Shown here: positions 43,961 through 53,354 of the stretch, piece by piece
How positions within the stretch are numbered: position 1 is the stretch's first letter
Layout of the letters: each line of letters begins with the position of its first letter
The notes under the pieces: generated by a model
Databases searched by the model: none
Seen by the model: only the letters and a program-made list of their open reading frames with translations
Told to the model about the DNA's origin: nothing
Position numbers and translations under genes: made by a program
Assembly: GCA_045597865.1 (NCBI GenBank)
Contig: JAZLKX010000052.1
Location: forward strand, 43,017-107,016
Direction: 5' to 3'
DNA length: 64,000 nt
Origin: Bacilli bacterium
GTDB lineage: Bacteria > Bacillota_I > Bacilli_A > RFN20 > CAG-826

Positions 43961-44645
43961 CTTTGAACAAATCAGATCTCTTTTGAAGTTTGAAAATGAA
44001 GGCGACTGCTATTATGTTCAGTTGCTTCGCAGACAGTCAGATGATCCGCTGATTGATGGTAAGAAAGATCCTAAGTATCATGGAAACATGCATTCACGCA
44101 GTATCAAGGATTACTTTATTCGTTCACTTGAACACTTTGATGATGTTAAGGAAGATATCATCAAGCTTTGTGAAATGTTCAATGTTCGTGCATATATTCG
44201 TTTGAACAAGCGTACATATAAGCGTATTGCTTTGGTAATGCTGAGACATATCGCAGAACAGGCTGCATCTGGTGAAACCTATTCTTCGCCTTTTCATATG
44301 ATTGCATCTGCCGCGGGTACCGCAAACTGTGCAGGCGATGATAAAACATGGATTGTTGATGAAGACGCTGAATATCTGCGTTATGAAGAAAAGATCAAGG
44401 CTATTATTGAACAGTGTGAACCAACTGACCGTCAAAAGGTTATTGCGGTAATTCCTACAAAGTCAGGTCGTCATCTTATTACCAGACCGTTTAATCTTCA
44501 AACGTTTAAGACACTTTGGGAAAAGGATGAAGACTTGCAAACTTTAGAAGTTTTGGACATTCACAAAGATAACCCAACTATCTTGTATGTTCCGGGACCA
44601 GACAAGTGCAAGACATACGAGGAAGTGGTAAATCGTGAGGGATAA
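43950..44645 (+). CDS. Hypothetical protein
   Basis: SD gaggagg; 231 aa; no motif recognised. Confidence 0.6.
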   Translation: MTNNFEQIRSLLKFENEGDCYYVQLLRRQSDDPLIDGKKDPKYHGNMHSRSIKDYFIRSLEHFDDVKEDIIKLCEMFNVRAYIRLNKRTYKRIALVMLRHIAEQAASGETYSSPFHMIASAAGTANCAGDDKTWIVDEDAEYLRYEEKIKAIIEQCEPTDRQKVIAVIPTKSGRHLITRPFNLQTFKTLWEKDEDLQTLEVLDIHKDNPTILYVPGPDKCKTYEEVVNREG

Positions 44646-45254
44646 ATGCTAGAAAAAATTTTTGATGGCATGTTGAGATTTTTGAACGGTCCTGCCACAC
44701 AAGATCAGCCACCTCCGCAAGTGATTGTTGACACAAAGCCAAGAGAGGAAACCTTGGAAACCGATATGCAGCTTCCTCCACCGCCACCTCCGCGTATTCA
44801 GTATGTTGATCCTAGTGAACAGTTTGAAACGTCATGGAAACAGGTACCATCTTTTAGCGGGTATGTCGGATCCGGTTTTAACCCATGGGTATCATCTGTA
44901 TCGGGTTGTACCACGTCAGCGGCAGGTGTGGTACATAGCCCATATATGGAAGCACCGGTCATAGCATGGGCTGCCTTGAATGAAACAAAGGAAACATTAA
45001 GCAAAATCATTGAAGCAATAAATGAAAAAGGAAGAACGGGATTTACGATGCGTTGTGAAAACGATCCGCCTACTTCCATTGACCTGCTGTATAATGATGA
45101 AATGATTGCACAGGTAGTTGGTGATAGGTTTACCATTCCTTCGTTAGCTGGTGATGTAAATGTTTACATGCGTCACATGCCGACCGAAGATATTGCACGT
45201 GTAGCTGATGTTATCATTACGATTTGTGATACACGCGATGAAGAAAGAAAATGA
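44646..45254 (+). CDS. Hypothetical protein with a proline-rich N-terminal region
   Basis: QPPPQ...PPPPPP tract. Confidence 0.55.
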   Translation: MLEKIFDGMLRFLNGPATQDQPPPQVIVDTKPREETLETDMQLPPPPPPRIQYVDPSEQFETSWKQVPSFSGYVGSGFNPWVSSVSGCTTSAAGVVHSPYMEAPVIAWAALNETKETLSKIIEAINEKGRTGFTMRCENDPPTSIDLLYNDEMIAQVVGDRFTIPSLAGDVNVYMRHMPTEDIARVADVIITICDTRDEERK

Positions 45255-45301
45255 AAAGCAAAGCTGGCAAGTAAACTTAAGATTTTATCTGAAGGTTAAT
45301 C

Positions 45302-45787
45302 ATGGGTGTAAATACTGAAATAAGTAAACGAATACACGGATATTTGGCAGGCGTCGTTATGCCTAGACATGTATCTGTATCTGGAACTGTTTCATGTCCT
45401 ATTAGTGATGATTTTCATTTAGACCGCGGTGTAATGCTTGCCTGCATTCATGAAGTAGAACCTGGGTTAGATGTTGCATGGATACAACAGCCGAATAAGT
45501 ACTATCCACAGTGCTTAGAAGAAAAAATAGAAATCAACCAAATTGCTGTTGCTGTTGTTTCGTATGACACACTTTTCATTGACACACAGATACCCGGACA
45601 TTACCAAAGACTTGGCTATGAAATGTCAGACAGATATGAAATAAAACTTCGTGATGCAGAACAGATGAAAAACATAGCAAAGCTGCTTGTTGAGAACTAT
45701 CATCGGTTTCTCGAGATTGAAACGGCAATGGAACAATGGGAAGCTGCTAGAAAGAAGTTCATTTCTCGACTTGACTGTGTGAAATAA
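45302..45787 (+). CDS. Hypothetical protein
   Basis: ORF track. Confidence 0.55.
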   Translation: MGVNTEISKRIHGYLAGVVMPRHVSVSGTVSCPISDDFHLDRGVMLACIHEVEPGLDVAWIQQPNKYYPQCLEEKIEINQIAVAVVSYDTLFIDTQIPGHYQRLGYEMSDRYEIKLRDAEQMKNIAKLLVENYHRFLEIETAMEQWEAARKKFISRLDCVK

Positions 45788-45814
45788 TAAATAATAACAA
45801 AGGAGATTAAACCT

Positions 45815-46228
45815 ATGTTATACAGAATTAGTTTTCATGCTGGCGACGATGGCTTAGTTGCCAATGATGTATTTCAGGCATTAAATGCTGAGAATGAAAT
45901 GGTTCCAAAGGATGACGGCTGGTACCTTTTTACGAATTATGCTTATATTAAAAATGAAGGTGCTTATCTTTACATCAAGTGCAAAGACGAACATTTCGTT
46001 AAGGGAATGGTAGATTGGATCGTTCGTTCATATAAAGAATATGAACCTGAAGCAACCGAATGCGCTGAAACAAATGAAAAGGTTGAGTCAACATACAACC
46101 CAACATCGAGACGTGAAGCATTCCGTGCTATGAGAAAGGGTCACCTTGAACTGCATAAGCTTTCTGAGGCATTTACCGTTTTGAGAAATGCTGGCGCTAA
46201 AATTATCAAGGAAGACAAAGAAAGGTAA
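45815..46228 (+). CDS. Hypothetical protein
   Basis: SD aaggag. Confidence 0.55.
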   Translation: MLYRISFHAGDDGLVANDVFQALNAENEMVPKDDGWYLFTNYAYIKNEGAYLYIKCKDEHFVKGMVDWIVRSYKEYEPEATECAETNEKVESTYNPTSRREAFRAMRKGHLELHKLSEAFTVLRNAGAKIIKEDKER

Positions 46229-46261
46229 GTAATGGATACTGATAGCTAAGAAAATTTTTAA

Positions 46262-46288
46262 GCCGGTACGAAAAGTGCCGGTTTTTTG
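46262..46288 (+). terminator. Rho-independent terminator
   Basis: ccggtac / gtgccgg stem plus tttttt, immediately followed by the class-II motif. Confidence 0.6.
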
Positions 46289-46320
46289 TTATATTTGAAT
46301 AAAGTAAAAAGGAGTACTTA

Positions 46321-46623
46321 ATGACGACAGATCAGTTCGCGCTGTGGAAATTTAAGGCTATAGAAGGTATTCTTGAAAACTTTCAGGCTGCGGATTTTAA
46401 CACAACCCGTTTTATTAAAGGCTTTGAAACATACCTTATTACTTACGATGTAGCGCATTTAACTTGTAAGATTGAAAACATGAGTAAGCTGGACTTTGAT
46501 CCGATCATTGTGCCTTTCAAGGAACTTGTAAATAAACTGAAAGAAATGGGCGTGTATCGTGAACGCCGTACAATGCGCCATTCAAATTCATACATTCCAT
46601 TTACAGGTAGCTTGGAGAATTAA
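46321..46623 (+). CDS. Hypothetical protein
   Basis: SD aaaggag. Confidence 0.55.
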   Translation: MTTDQFALWKFKAIEGILENFQAADFNTTRFIKGFETYLITYDVAHLTCKIENMSKLDFDPIIVPFKELVNKLKEMGVYRERRTMRHSNSYIPFTGSLEN

Positions 46624-47127
46624 ATGACTGAACTTACAGGTTTCGTTTTAATCGCATCAATCATTGGTAACATTGCATTCGGATTTAAATCGCTTTCACA
46701 GGTGATTAAATGTATTCGTAGCCGTTCAGTTTATGGAATTAGCCCGCTTATGCTAATTCTTGACTTCATAGGTAACATCGGCTGTGGATATTCAATTTAC
46801 ATGACGACAGGTTTTACTTTGTGGCCACAGTTCGTAAATTACTTCTGCGCTACATTGTTCCTGATTATCTTATTTGTGCTTTTGGCTACATTTGGAAAGA
46901 AAAAAGAGGTGCTTTGTAAAGAAAGCGAAATGATTGAAATGAAACGAAAGGCTGATATGCATGATAGGCTGCTGAAGATGGATCCTTCATATGCAAAGAA
47001 ATCTGCAGCCGTAATCTTATCAGATGCAAAGATACAATGTGCTACACATAATACCAAGTATACTGTAATTGATGGGCATGTTCGCCCTATTCCAGAAGAT
47101 GATCATATACAACACAATGAGGATTAG
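46624..47127 (+). CDS. PQ-loop / SemiSWEET-like 3-TM membrane protein with a soluble C-terminal extension
   Basis: FKSLSQVIKCIRSRSVYGISPLMLILDFIGNIGCGYSIY resembles a PQ-loop repeat. Confidence 0.45.
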   Translation: MTELTGFVLIASIIGNIAFGFKSLSQVIKCIRSRSVYGISPLMLILDFIGNIGCGYSIYMTTGFTLWPQFVNYFCATLFLIILFVLLATFGKKKEVLCKESEMIEMKRKADMHDRLLKMDPSYAKKSAAVILSDAKIQCATHNTKYTVIDGHVRPIPEDDHIQHNED

Positions 47128-47132
47128 ATAAG

Positions 47133-47315
47133 TTGACAGATCCTGAGCAGATTAACTTAGATTTGCCTATTGACTATTCAGAACCGTATTGTAATTTTGA
47201 TAAAGAAAAATTCTCGGCTGAAAAGACAACCGAGAAAGATCCTAAATTTGAACTTGCTAAAGCGTTAGCTCAAGCAGCGATTACTAAGACAGTTACGATT
47301 ACGAAATCTTTTTAA
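47133..47315 (+). CDS. Small hypothetical protein (TTG start)
   Basis: Track ORF; non-ATG start; its 3' end overlaps the convergent gene. Confidence 0.3.
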   Translation: MTDPEQINLDLPIDYSEPYCNFDKEKFSAEKTTEKDPKFELAKALAQAAITKTVTITKSF

Positions 47316-47772
47316 TTCTGAAACTGAAGAGACAGTTCTTCTTATTGTCTAAGTTATCATCACCCCAGTGTTCAGGACTTGCCGCAAACCATTCAAGTGC
47401 CTTATCAGCAACGCCTGCTTTAAAACGGCTATAACCTGCTTGGCGAACGGCACCGCGGAAGAAGTCATCACATTCTTCACGAGTGAAGGTTCCCTTGATT
47501 CCTCTAGATGAATACAAGCAGTCATGCAACACAGCACCCATGTCGTATGTCAAGTTCTTATCGTCCCACTTAGGAAGGAACCATTGGAATGCTTTAGGCA
47601 CACTAGCCCCATCTGTGCGGAAATCACGCTTGCATAACAAGTCAAGCTGATAGGTGTCTTTGTTCTTAGTATAAGTTGCGGTAATCGTAGCGTCTTTAGT
47701 AAATGTCCAAATCTTTTTCTTTTCAGTTGTTTGAATATCAGTGAACTTTAATTCTTTCAATGATACTGCCAT
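47299..47772 (-). CDS. DUF1353-family protein
   Basis: RTDGASVPKAFQWFLP ... AVLHDCLY signature. SD aaggagg. One of the few minus-strand genes. Confidence 0.65.
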   Translation of the reverse strand: MAVSLKELKFTDIQTTEKKKIWTFTKDATITATYTKNKDTYQLDLLCKRDFRTDGASVPKAFQWFLPKWDDKNLTYDMGAVLHDCLYSSRGIKGTFTREECDDFFRGAVRQAGYSRFKAGVADKALEWFAASPEHWGDDNLDNKKNCLFSFRIKKIS

Positions 47773-47852
47773 AATTTACCTCCTTTATTATTTACAAATT
47801 TTCTTAAAAAATTACCCACATAAATAATCCAGCTAACAAACATGGAGCTTTT

Positions 47853-49100
47853 ATGAACATTCTAATTACCAAGATGATGACCGCACGTTTCACAACCAAT
47901 ACCGATCGTGAGCGTCTTTGCGGTGGGTTCGATGCAATTTCTTACATGATTCAACGTATCGCTGAATCATACCCACAACATACTTTTTACTATATTGGAG
48001 CATCTGATTTGGCAGACAGTCAATTATCTACCCCAGAAAATTTAAAGGACCTCTACACGCCTATAAAGGCGTTTGCGAAAGAGCACGGATATGATCCAAT
48101 CGCACAGGATTTGGCAAACACAAGCAAGCCTTTCTATCAAGCATGTTTAGACTACTGTAAGGAAAATGGCCTAAAATTTGACCTCGCACTTTATCAGTAT
48201 GAACAGACTTTGCCTATCGCCCATTACGCCGACGGATATATTTCAGAACGAACAAAAGGCGTTCTAAAGACATTAGTATCACAAAGACATTCAGCACACG
48301 CATTTGTTCTTGCAAGCGATATGAAAGTTCCTTTGTATTTGATTGTAGATGATCCCCGCCAGATTAACCATATTCCAGCCGATATTACCCCGCCAGTTAA
48401 GATCTTTGCACAATGCAAGGGTACTGACCATACAAGGTATTACGTTGATAAGATTCATAAGGAAGAACACGCTGTACCGATGGAATATGCTGAAATTGAA
48501 AAATTCTACCTATTAAAGAAAGAACGAGTAAACTTTTCAAATCCTGACGAAATTCATCCAACGCCGTTTGAAACCTATAAGAAAGATCTCGGTCTTGTCA
48601 TGACCTTGAACGGCAACTTTGACAGACTCGATTATGTAAGAAAGTGGCTTTTCCCGTATGACGCTGACCTAAAGATTTATGGCCGCTGGGATTCTGGTGA
48701 ATTAGCTAAGAAGGTTGAAAGCCTCGGCCTAACCGACAGATTCATTGTTAAGGGTATGTCAGAGATGGAAGATGTGATGTGGCGCTCAAGATACACACTT
48801 GTTGCTCCACCATCTGCTAAGACCGCAAATTTCGTTACACAGAAGGTTTACTCTATGTTGTATTATGGCATCATGCCTTTCTGGGCAAAGGGTACATACG
48901 ACATTGATAACTTCTATACTGACATTCCTTCGTTCTTTAAGGTTGAAACACCTGATGAATTGTGGAAAAAGATACGATTCTTGGACCGTCACCCTATCTT
49001 CTATCGAGTGATGTTGCGGAAGTGCTATGATGCATTGAAACCTGAATACTTTGAGAACGACTTTGTGCACCGTATCTTTGACTGCATCTTTGAAAAATAA
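47853..49100 (+). CDS. Putative DNA glycosyltransferase, T4 alpha-glucosyltransferase-like (GT-B)
   Basis: 415 aa (T4 AGT is about 400 aa). C-terminal PFWAKGTYD...FFKVETPDELWKKIRFLDRHPIFYRVMLRKCYDAL parallels T4 AGT ...PVFWKSTGE...STFERIKELSSDRALYDREREKAYEFL as I recall it. Confidence 0.45.
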   Translation: MNILITKMMTARFTTNTDRERLCGGFDAISYMIQRIAESYPQHTFYYIGASDLADSQLSTPENLKDLYTPIKAFAKEHGYDPIAQDLANTSKPFYQACLDYCKENGLKFDLALYQYEQTLPIAHYADGYISERTKGVLKTLVSQRHSAHAFVLASDMKVPLYLIVDDPRQINHIPADITPPVKIFAQCKGTDHTRYYVDKIHKEEHAVPMEYAEIEKFYLLKKERVNFSNPDEIHPTPFETYKKDLGLVMTLNGNFDRLDYVRKWLFPYDADLKIYGRWDSGELAKKVESLGLTDRFIVKGMSEMEDVMWRSRYTLVAPPSAKTANFVTQKVYSMLYYGIMPFWAKGTYDIDNFYTDIPSFFKVETPDELWKKIRFLDRHPIFYRVMLRKCYDALKPEYFENDFVHRIFDCIFEK

Positions 49101-49146
49101 TTTCTTACCCTCATAAATATCACAAAACATTTATTATATTTTGAAT

Positions 49147-49647
49147 ATGAAAAAATTAACCTTTGTTTTAGATGTAGATGGCGTGCTTACTGACGGTACA
49201 TTTCTGTACGATGCAAACGGTAAAGCATATAAAAAGTTTGGCCCTGAAGACGCTGATGCTTTAAAGATGTTGGCTCCGTACTGCAATATCGTTTTTGCAT
49301 CCGCTGACACCCGTGGTTTTGAAATCACAAAAAAGCGTGTAAACGATATGGGTTTTGAGGTTCACAACATTAAGGCTCGTGACCGTAAGAATTGGATTAA
49401 AGATAACTTTGGGCTTGAGAATACGATTTACATGGGCGACGGCCTGGTTGATATTCCGTGCCTAGAATCGGTTAAGTATTCTTATGTGCCGGCTAACGGA
49501 TCGGTTGAAGCAAAACGAGCTTGTAATAAAATACTGCAGGAAATGGGCGGTCATGGCGCTGTCGCTGAAGCCGTATATGATATTGCAGAAACATTTTTCA
49601 ACAAGACATATATTGATTTACTAAAGGAGAATGGATATGACGTATAA
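49147..49647 (+). CDS. HAD-IIIA sugar-phosphate phosphatase (KdsC/YrbI family)
   Basis: VLDVDGVLTDG ... YMGDGLVDIP ... GGHGAVAEA. Confidence 0.75.
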   Translation: MKKLTFVLDVDGVLTDGTFLYDANGKAYKKFGPEDADALKMLAPYCNIVFASADTRGFEITKKRVNDMGFEVHNIKARDRKNWIKDNFGLENTIYMGDGLVDIPCLESVKYSYVPANGSVEAKRACNKILQEMGGHGAVAEAVYDIAETFFNKTYIDLLKENGYDV

Positions 49648-50215
49648 CGAATTGAAGGACAAGGTACTTGCTGAGCTTAATCAGTCGCTTAGCTCCATTG
49701 ATGAACGCATCGTTGACCAACTGGCTGAAGAACTGGCTTACAAGCGCCAGGCCGTTATCGTTGGACACGCTGCTGGCCGTATGGGTTATGGTCTTCGTGC
49801 TTTCATTATGAGGCTCATGCATTTGGGCTTTCACGCTTACTGGTACAATGATACTACCATTCCGCACATGTCACCGAACGATATGTTCATTTTCGCATCT
49901 GGCTCTGGTAAGACACGAACTGTTGTAAATCTGGCTGAAATCGCAAAAGAAAAGAGCGGCTGCCGCATTGTTTCTGTAACTGGCGATGTTGAGTCACCGC
50001 TTGCTAAGATTTCTGATTTGGTCATTAAGTTCACTGGCTGTAATAATGGATTGAACTCTGAAAATGATCCTAGTAAGATTAACAGCATTCAGCCGATGAC
50101 GACTTTGAATGAACAGGCGATGTTTATTTTCTTTGATTTGCTTGCTTTGAAGATTATGGAAAAGCTTGGCGAAGACAACAACACTCTTAGCTATCGCCAT
50201 AACAATATAGAATGA
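49631..50215 (+). CDS. Single-SIS-domain sugar-phosphate isomerase (6-phospho-3-hexuloisomerase-like)
   Basis: GRMGYGLRAFIMRLMHLGFHAY, IFASGSGKT, SIQPMTTLNEQAMFIFFD, C-terminal RHNNIE; close to HxlB-type PHI as I recall it. Confidence 0.7.
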   Translation: MDMTYNELKDKVLAELNQSLSSIDERIVDQLAEELAYKRQAVIVGHAAGRMGYGLRAFIMRLMHLGFHAYWYNDTTIPHMSPNDMFIFASGSGKTRTVVNLAEIAKEKSGCRIVSVTGDVESPLAKISDLVIKFTGCNNGLNSENDPSKINSIQPMTTLNEQAMFIFFDLLALKIMEKLGEDNNTLSYRHNNIE

Positions 50216-50231
50216 TTATAAAGGAAAACAG

Positions 50232-50915
50232 ATGAATATCAGTACATCACTTATCTGTATGAACATGTCTCAGGTTGATAAAGACATCAACCGAGTTCTT
50301 ACAGCAGCTAACGGCGACACCAGATTTAACTGGTTTCATGGAGATTTTATGGATGGTCACTTTGTTCCGCGCCTTGGCATTTCGCCTGAACTTATTCGTG
50401 ACATCAAGCAGGAATTTCCGAATGTACAGATTGACAGTCACTTGATGATTGATGATCCGTACACTTATGTTGATGTTATCGCTCCGTATTCTGATTGGGT
50501 CGTTTATCATTATGAAGCGGTCACTGACCCAGTTCGTACACTTCAAAAGATCCGTAAGACATGGCCGAATGTTAAGGTTGGACTTGCGATGAATTTGGCT
50601 ACACCGTTTGATCCGAGCATCATTCAGCTCTTTGACGGCGTTATGTTCATGGGAATCTCTCCAGGCGTTCTTGGAACCAATTCATATCCGCAAATCGTTG
50701 AACAGAAAATTGGCGCTGTTCCAACACATAAACATTACTTTGTTGATGGTTCTGTGAATTTCACAACACTTAAGACATACGGCGACATCAACCCCAATGG
50801 AACACTTGTTTGTGGTTCATCTACGATGTTTAAGATTGATGATCTTACTAAGGGTATGAACCGTGATGATCTTGTCAAGTTCAACGTGAACCGCATTAAG
50901 GAGAAAATTGTATGA
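50232..50915 (+). CDS. Ribulose-phosphate 3-epimerase-family enzyme (pentulose/hexulose-phosphate 3-epimerase)
   Basis: FHGDFMDGHFVPRLG, IDSHLMI, VDGSV, CGSS. Confidence 0.7.
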   Translation: MNISTSLICMNMSQVDKDINRVLTAANGDTRFNWFHGDFMDGHFVPRLGISPELIRDIKQEFPNVQIDSHLMIDDPYTYVDVIAPYSDWVVYHYEAVTDPVRTLQKIRKTWPNVKVGLAMNLATPFDPSIIQLFDGVMFMGISPGVLGTNSYPQIVEQKIGAVPTHKHYFVDGSVNFTTLKTYGDINPNGTLVCGSSTMFKIDDLTKGMNRDDLVKFNVNRIKEKIV

Positions 50916-52570
50916 AGAAAACCGTTGTAATTCCAGCTGCCGGCTTGGGTAGCCGTCTTAATGAATTCACGAAGAATTACAATAAGGCAATGTGTACATT
51001 GGGTCCTAAGCCTGTCATTTCATACATCATTGAGAAATTTGATGTAACCGATGAAATCATTGTGCTTCTTGGCTATAAAGGCGATTTGCTTAAACAAGTC
51101 CTGAAAATCTGTTATCCTGACAGAAATATCAAGTTCGTAACTGTTGATGTTTATGAAGGTCCAGGTTCTGGCTTGGGTTACTCTTTGTCTTGCGCTAAGA
51201 ACCTTTTGCAGAAACCGTTCTTGTTCTGGTCTAATGATAGCATTATTCAAGATGACATCAATGGATTTGACTTTGAACATAACTTTATGGTTTTGTCCAA
51301 ATTTGATAAAGAAAACGCCGATTCATATCGTCATGCAAGAATCGGTAAGCACGAAGTTCAGGCAATTCTTGCTAAAGGTGATTATGATGTAAATGGCATT
51401 AAGACTAAGCCTTACATTGGCATTTCTTACATCAAGGATTACAAACAGTTCTGGAAGGCACAGGAAGACAACTTTGAAATTTTCGTAAATGCAGGCGAAA
51501 GTGCTGGCTTGAATAATCTGAATGACATTCGTTATTACATCACAGACACTTGGCTTGACACAGGCAATAAGGAAAAGCTTATTGCTGCTAAGGAAGAATA
51601 CTCTAAGAAGATGGAAGCAACGATTCTTGAAAAGCCAGACGAAGCAATTTGGTTTTTAGATGACAGAGTCGTGAAATTCCACATTGATCCGAAGTTCATT
51701 GACGGCCGTGTAAAACGTTTCACAACATTTGTAAATCAGGCTATGGAAGATAAAGGTATCACAATTCCTGAACTTTTGAGCCACGATAAGAATGTTTATG
51801 CTTATCGTCTTGCTGATGGCAAGGTAATGTCAAAGGAAGTAAATCCGACTAGTTTCTTGAATTTTATCGTTTCATTCTTTGAAAGCGTTGATGAACGAGA
51901 AGTTCCGTATGAAAAGAAACTTGAAATCTATAATGACTTTTATAAGAACAAAACTTTGCAGCGCATTGAGAAATACTGTAAGGAACACGAAGATCTTGAC
52001 AGCCGATGCGTCATCAATGGATTGGATTGTTACTCGGCAAAAACGATCATTGAAGATATGATTGATTGGGACGCCATTGCGAATAAAGCTATCATCACAG
52101 ATAACTATCACGGTGACTTCCATCTTGAAAATATCTTGGTGAATGAAGTTGACGGCAAAGAACAGTTCGTGATGCTTGACTGGAGACAGAACTTTGGTAA
52201 GACATTTGAAGGCGATATTTACTATGATATTGCTAAAATGTGGCATTCATTGATTGTGAACCATGGGATGGTCAAGGATAATCTTTTCCATTGTGAAGTT
52301 AAGGCAAACGGCGAGATTGAGCTTGACATCCATCGTACATTCATTGATACTGAATGTGAAGATATGTTAAAAGGTTGGCTGAATAATTCCGCGTATGACG
52401 AAATTCATGCACAATTTTTGACTGCATTGATCTTCTTGAACATCGCTGCATGTCATACATATCCGTACTGCAAATTCTTATTCTACTTGGGTAAGTACTT
52501 GATGAATAAATTTATCGTTGCTTATCCGCAATACTTGAAACCTGATGTTTTGAAACTTCAAGAAAATTAA
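50912..52570 (+). CDS. Bifunctional sugar-1-phosphate nucleotidyltransferase / APH-choline-kinase-fold sugar kinase
   Basis: N-terminal VVIPAAGLGSRL. C-terminal HGDFHLENILV ... LDWRQ (Brenner and DxG-equivalent motifs). ATGA overlap with the epimerase gene. Confidence 0.7.
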   Translation: MKKTVVIPAAGLGSRLNEFTKNYNKAMCTLGPKPVISYIIEKFDVTDEIIVLLGYKGDLLKQVLKICYPDRNIKFVTVDVYEGPGSGLGYSLSCAKNLLQKPFLFWSNDSIIQDDINGFDFEHNFMVLSKFDKENADSYRHARIGKHEVQAILAKGDYDVNGIKTKPYIGISYIKDYKQFWKAQEDNFEIFVNAGESAGLNNLNDIRYYITDTWLDTGNKEKLIAAKEEYSKKMEATILEKPDEAIWFLDDRVVKFHIDPKFIDGRVKRFTTFVNQAMEDKGITIPELLSHDKNVYAYRLADGKVMSKEVNPTSFLNFIVSFFESVDEREVPYEKKLEIYNDFYKNKTLQRIEKYCKEHEDLDSRCVINGLDCYSAKTIIEDMIDWDAIANKAIITDNYHGDFHLENILVNEVDGKEQFVMLDWRQNFGKTFEGDIYYDIAKMWHSLIVNHGMVKDNLFHCEVKANGEIELDIHRTFIDTECEDMLKGWLNNSAYDEIHAQFLTALIFLNIAACHTYPYCKFLFYLGKYLMNKFIVAYPQYLKPDVLKLQEN

Positions 52571-52578
52571 AATAATAA

Positions 52579-52608
52579 AAAGCGGCTGAAACATGCCGCT
52601 TTTCTTTA
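52579..52608 (+). terminator. Rho-independent terminator
   Basis: aaagcggc / gccgcttt stem plus T-rich tail. Confidence 0.65.
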
Positions 52609-52620
52609 CTGGAGAAAATT

Positions 52621-52902
52621 ATGACGCTTAGCCATAACCCATGTGCACTAGAAGAATACATTGCCTCAAAGTTCATCGAGATGGGATTGATTACACAGGC
52701 ACAGATTGAAGAAGCAAGATCTGTGAGAAATGACCGCTACCAGCCATATAGCCGATTGAATGAAGTTTTCAGCCGTGGCTATTATGTTGGTTGGAACGAT
52801 GTGTTTGCATTCCGTATGAGTATCCTTGGACTTACAAAAGCATTCACTGAGCCCGGACTTGCCTATTATTCAGATTCCAGATTATGGGCAGCATTTCATT
52901 GA
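52621..52902 (+). CDS. Hypothetical protein (possibly the 5' part of a frameshifted gene)
   Basis: SD ggag; overlaps the next ORF by 77 nt. Confidence 0.45.
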   Translation: MTLSHNPCALEEYIASKFIEMGLITQAQIEEARSVRNDRYQPYSRLNEVFSRGYYVGWNDVFAFRMSILGLTKAFTEPGLAYYSDSRLWAAFH

Positions 52903-53287
52903 TGCGCTTGATCTTGCCAATGTCAATGTGAATTTTATGAGAAGAGGTAACTGCAAAGCATCATCAACATATTTGAAGATTCCTGTCGCAGTTTGCCGTA
53001 AATGGATTAGGCTTAATACTAAGGAAGATGTTGATAAGTGGTTTGAAACTTTGAAAGCAGAACTGCCGTATTATCATGCACAATGCAAAGCACTTTCTGA
53101 AATCAAGAAAAAGATAAAAACTGAAGGTGCAGAGTTCAAAGCCATCATGAAAGAAAATGCTAAAAGCTCTCCTGCGTGGAAGGAGGCAAGACAAAGCTAT
53201 GAAGAAATGATTTTGAAGTTCATGAATAAATTGACTCGCCGTGAAGAAATCATGGCGCAAGATCGGCATTGTGATTTTACGATTTAG
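52826..53287 (+). CDS. Hypothetical protein (no good start of its own; first ATG at 52936)
   Basis: Track ORF starts at TTG inside the previous gene. Confidence 0.4.
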   Translation: MDLQKHSLSPDLPIIQIPDYGQHFIDALDLANVNVNFMRRGNCKASSTYLKIPVAVCRKWIRLNTKEDVDKWFETLKAELPYYHAQCKALSEIKKKIKTEGAEFKAIMKENAKSSPAWKEARQSYEEMILKFMNKLTRREEIMAQDRHCDFTI

Positions 53288-53302
53288 AAAAGTTTCGTTC
53301 AG

Positions 53303-53345
53303 TTGTGAATTTGTGTAAAATGTTTTTATATTTTACATAAAGAAA
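53303..53345 (+). promoter_or_regulatory. Weaker class-I-like promoter P8
   Basis: TTGTGA-N18-TATATTTTACATAAAG; the conserved leader is absent. Confidence 0.4.
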
Positions 53346-53354
53346 GGAGCTATA

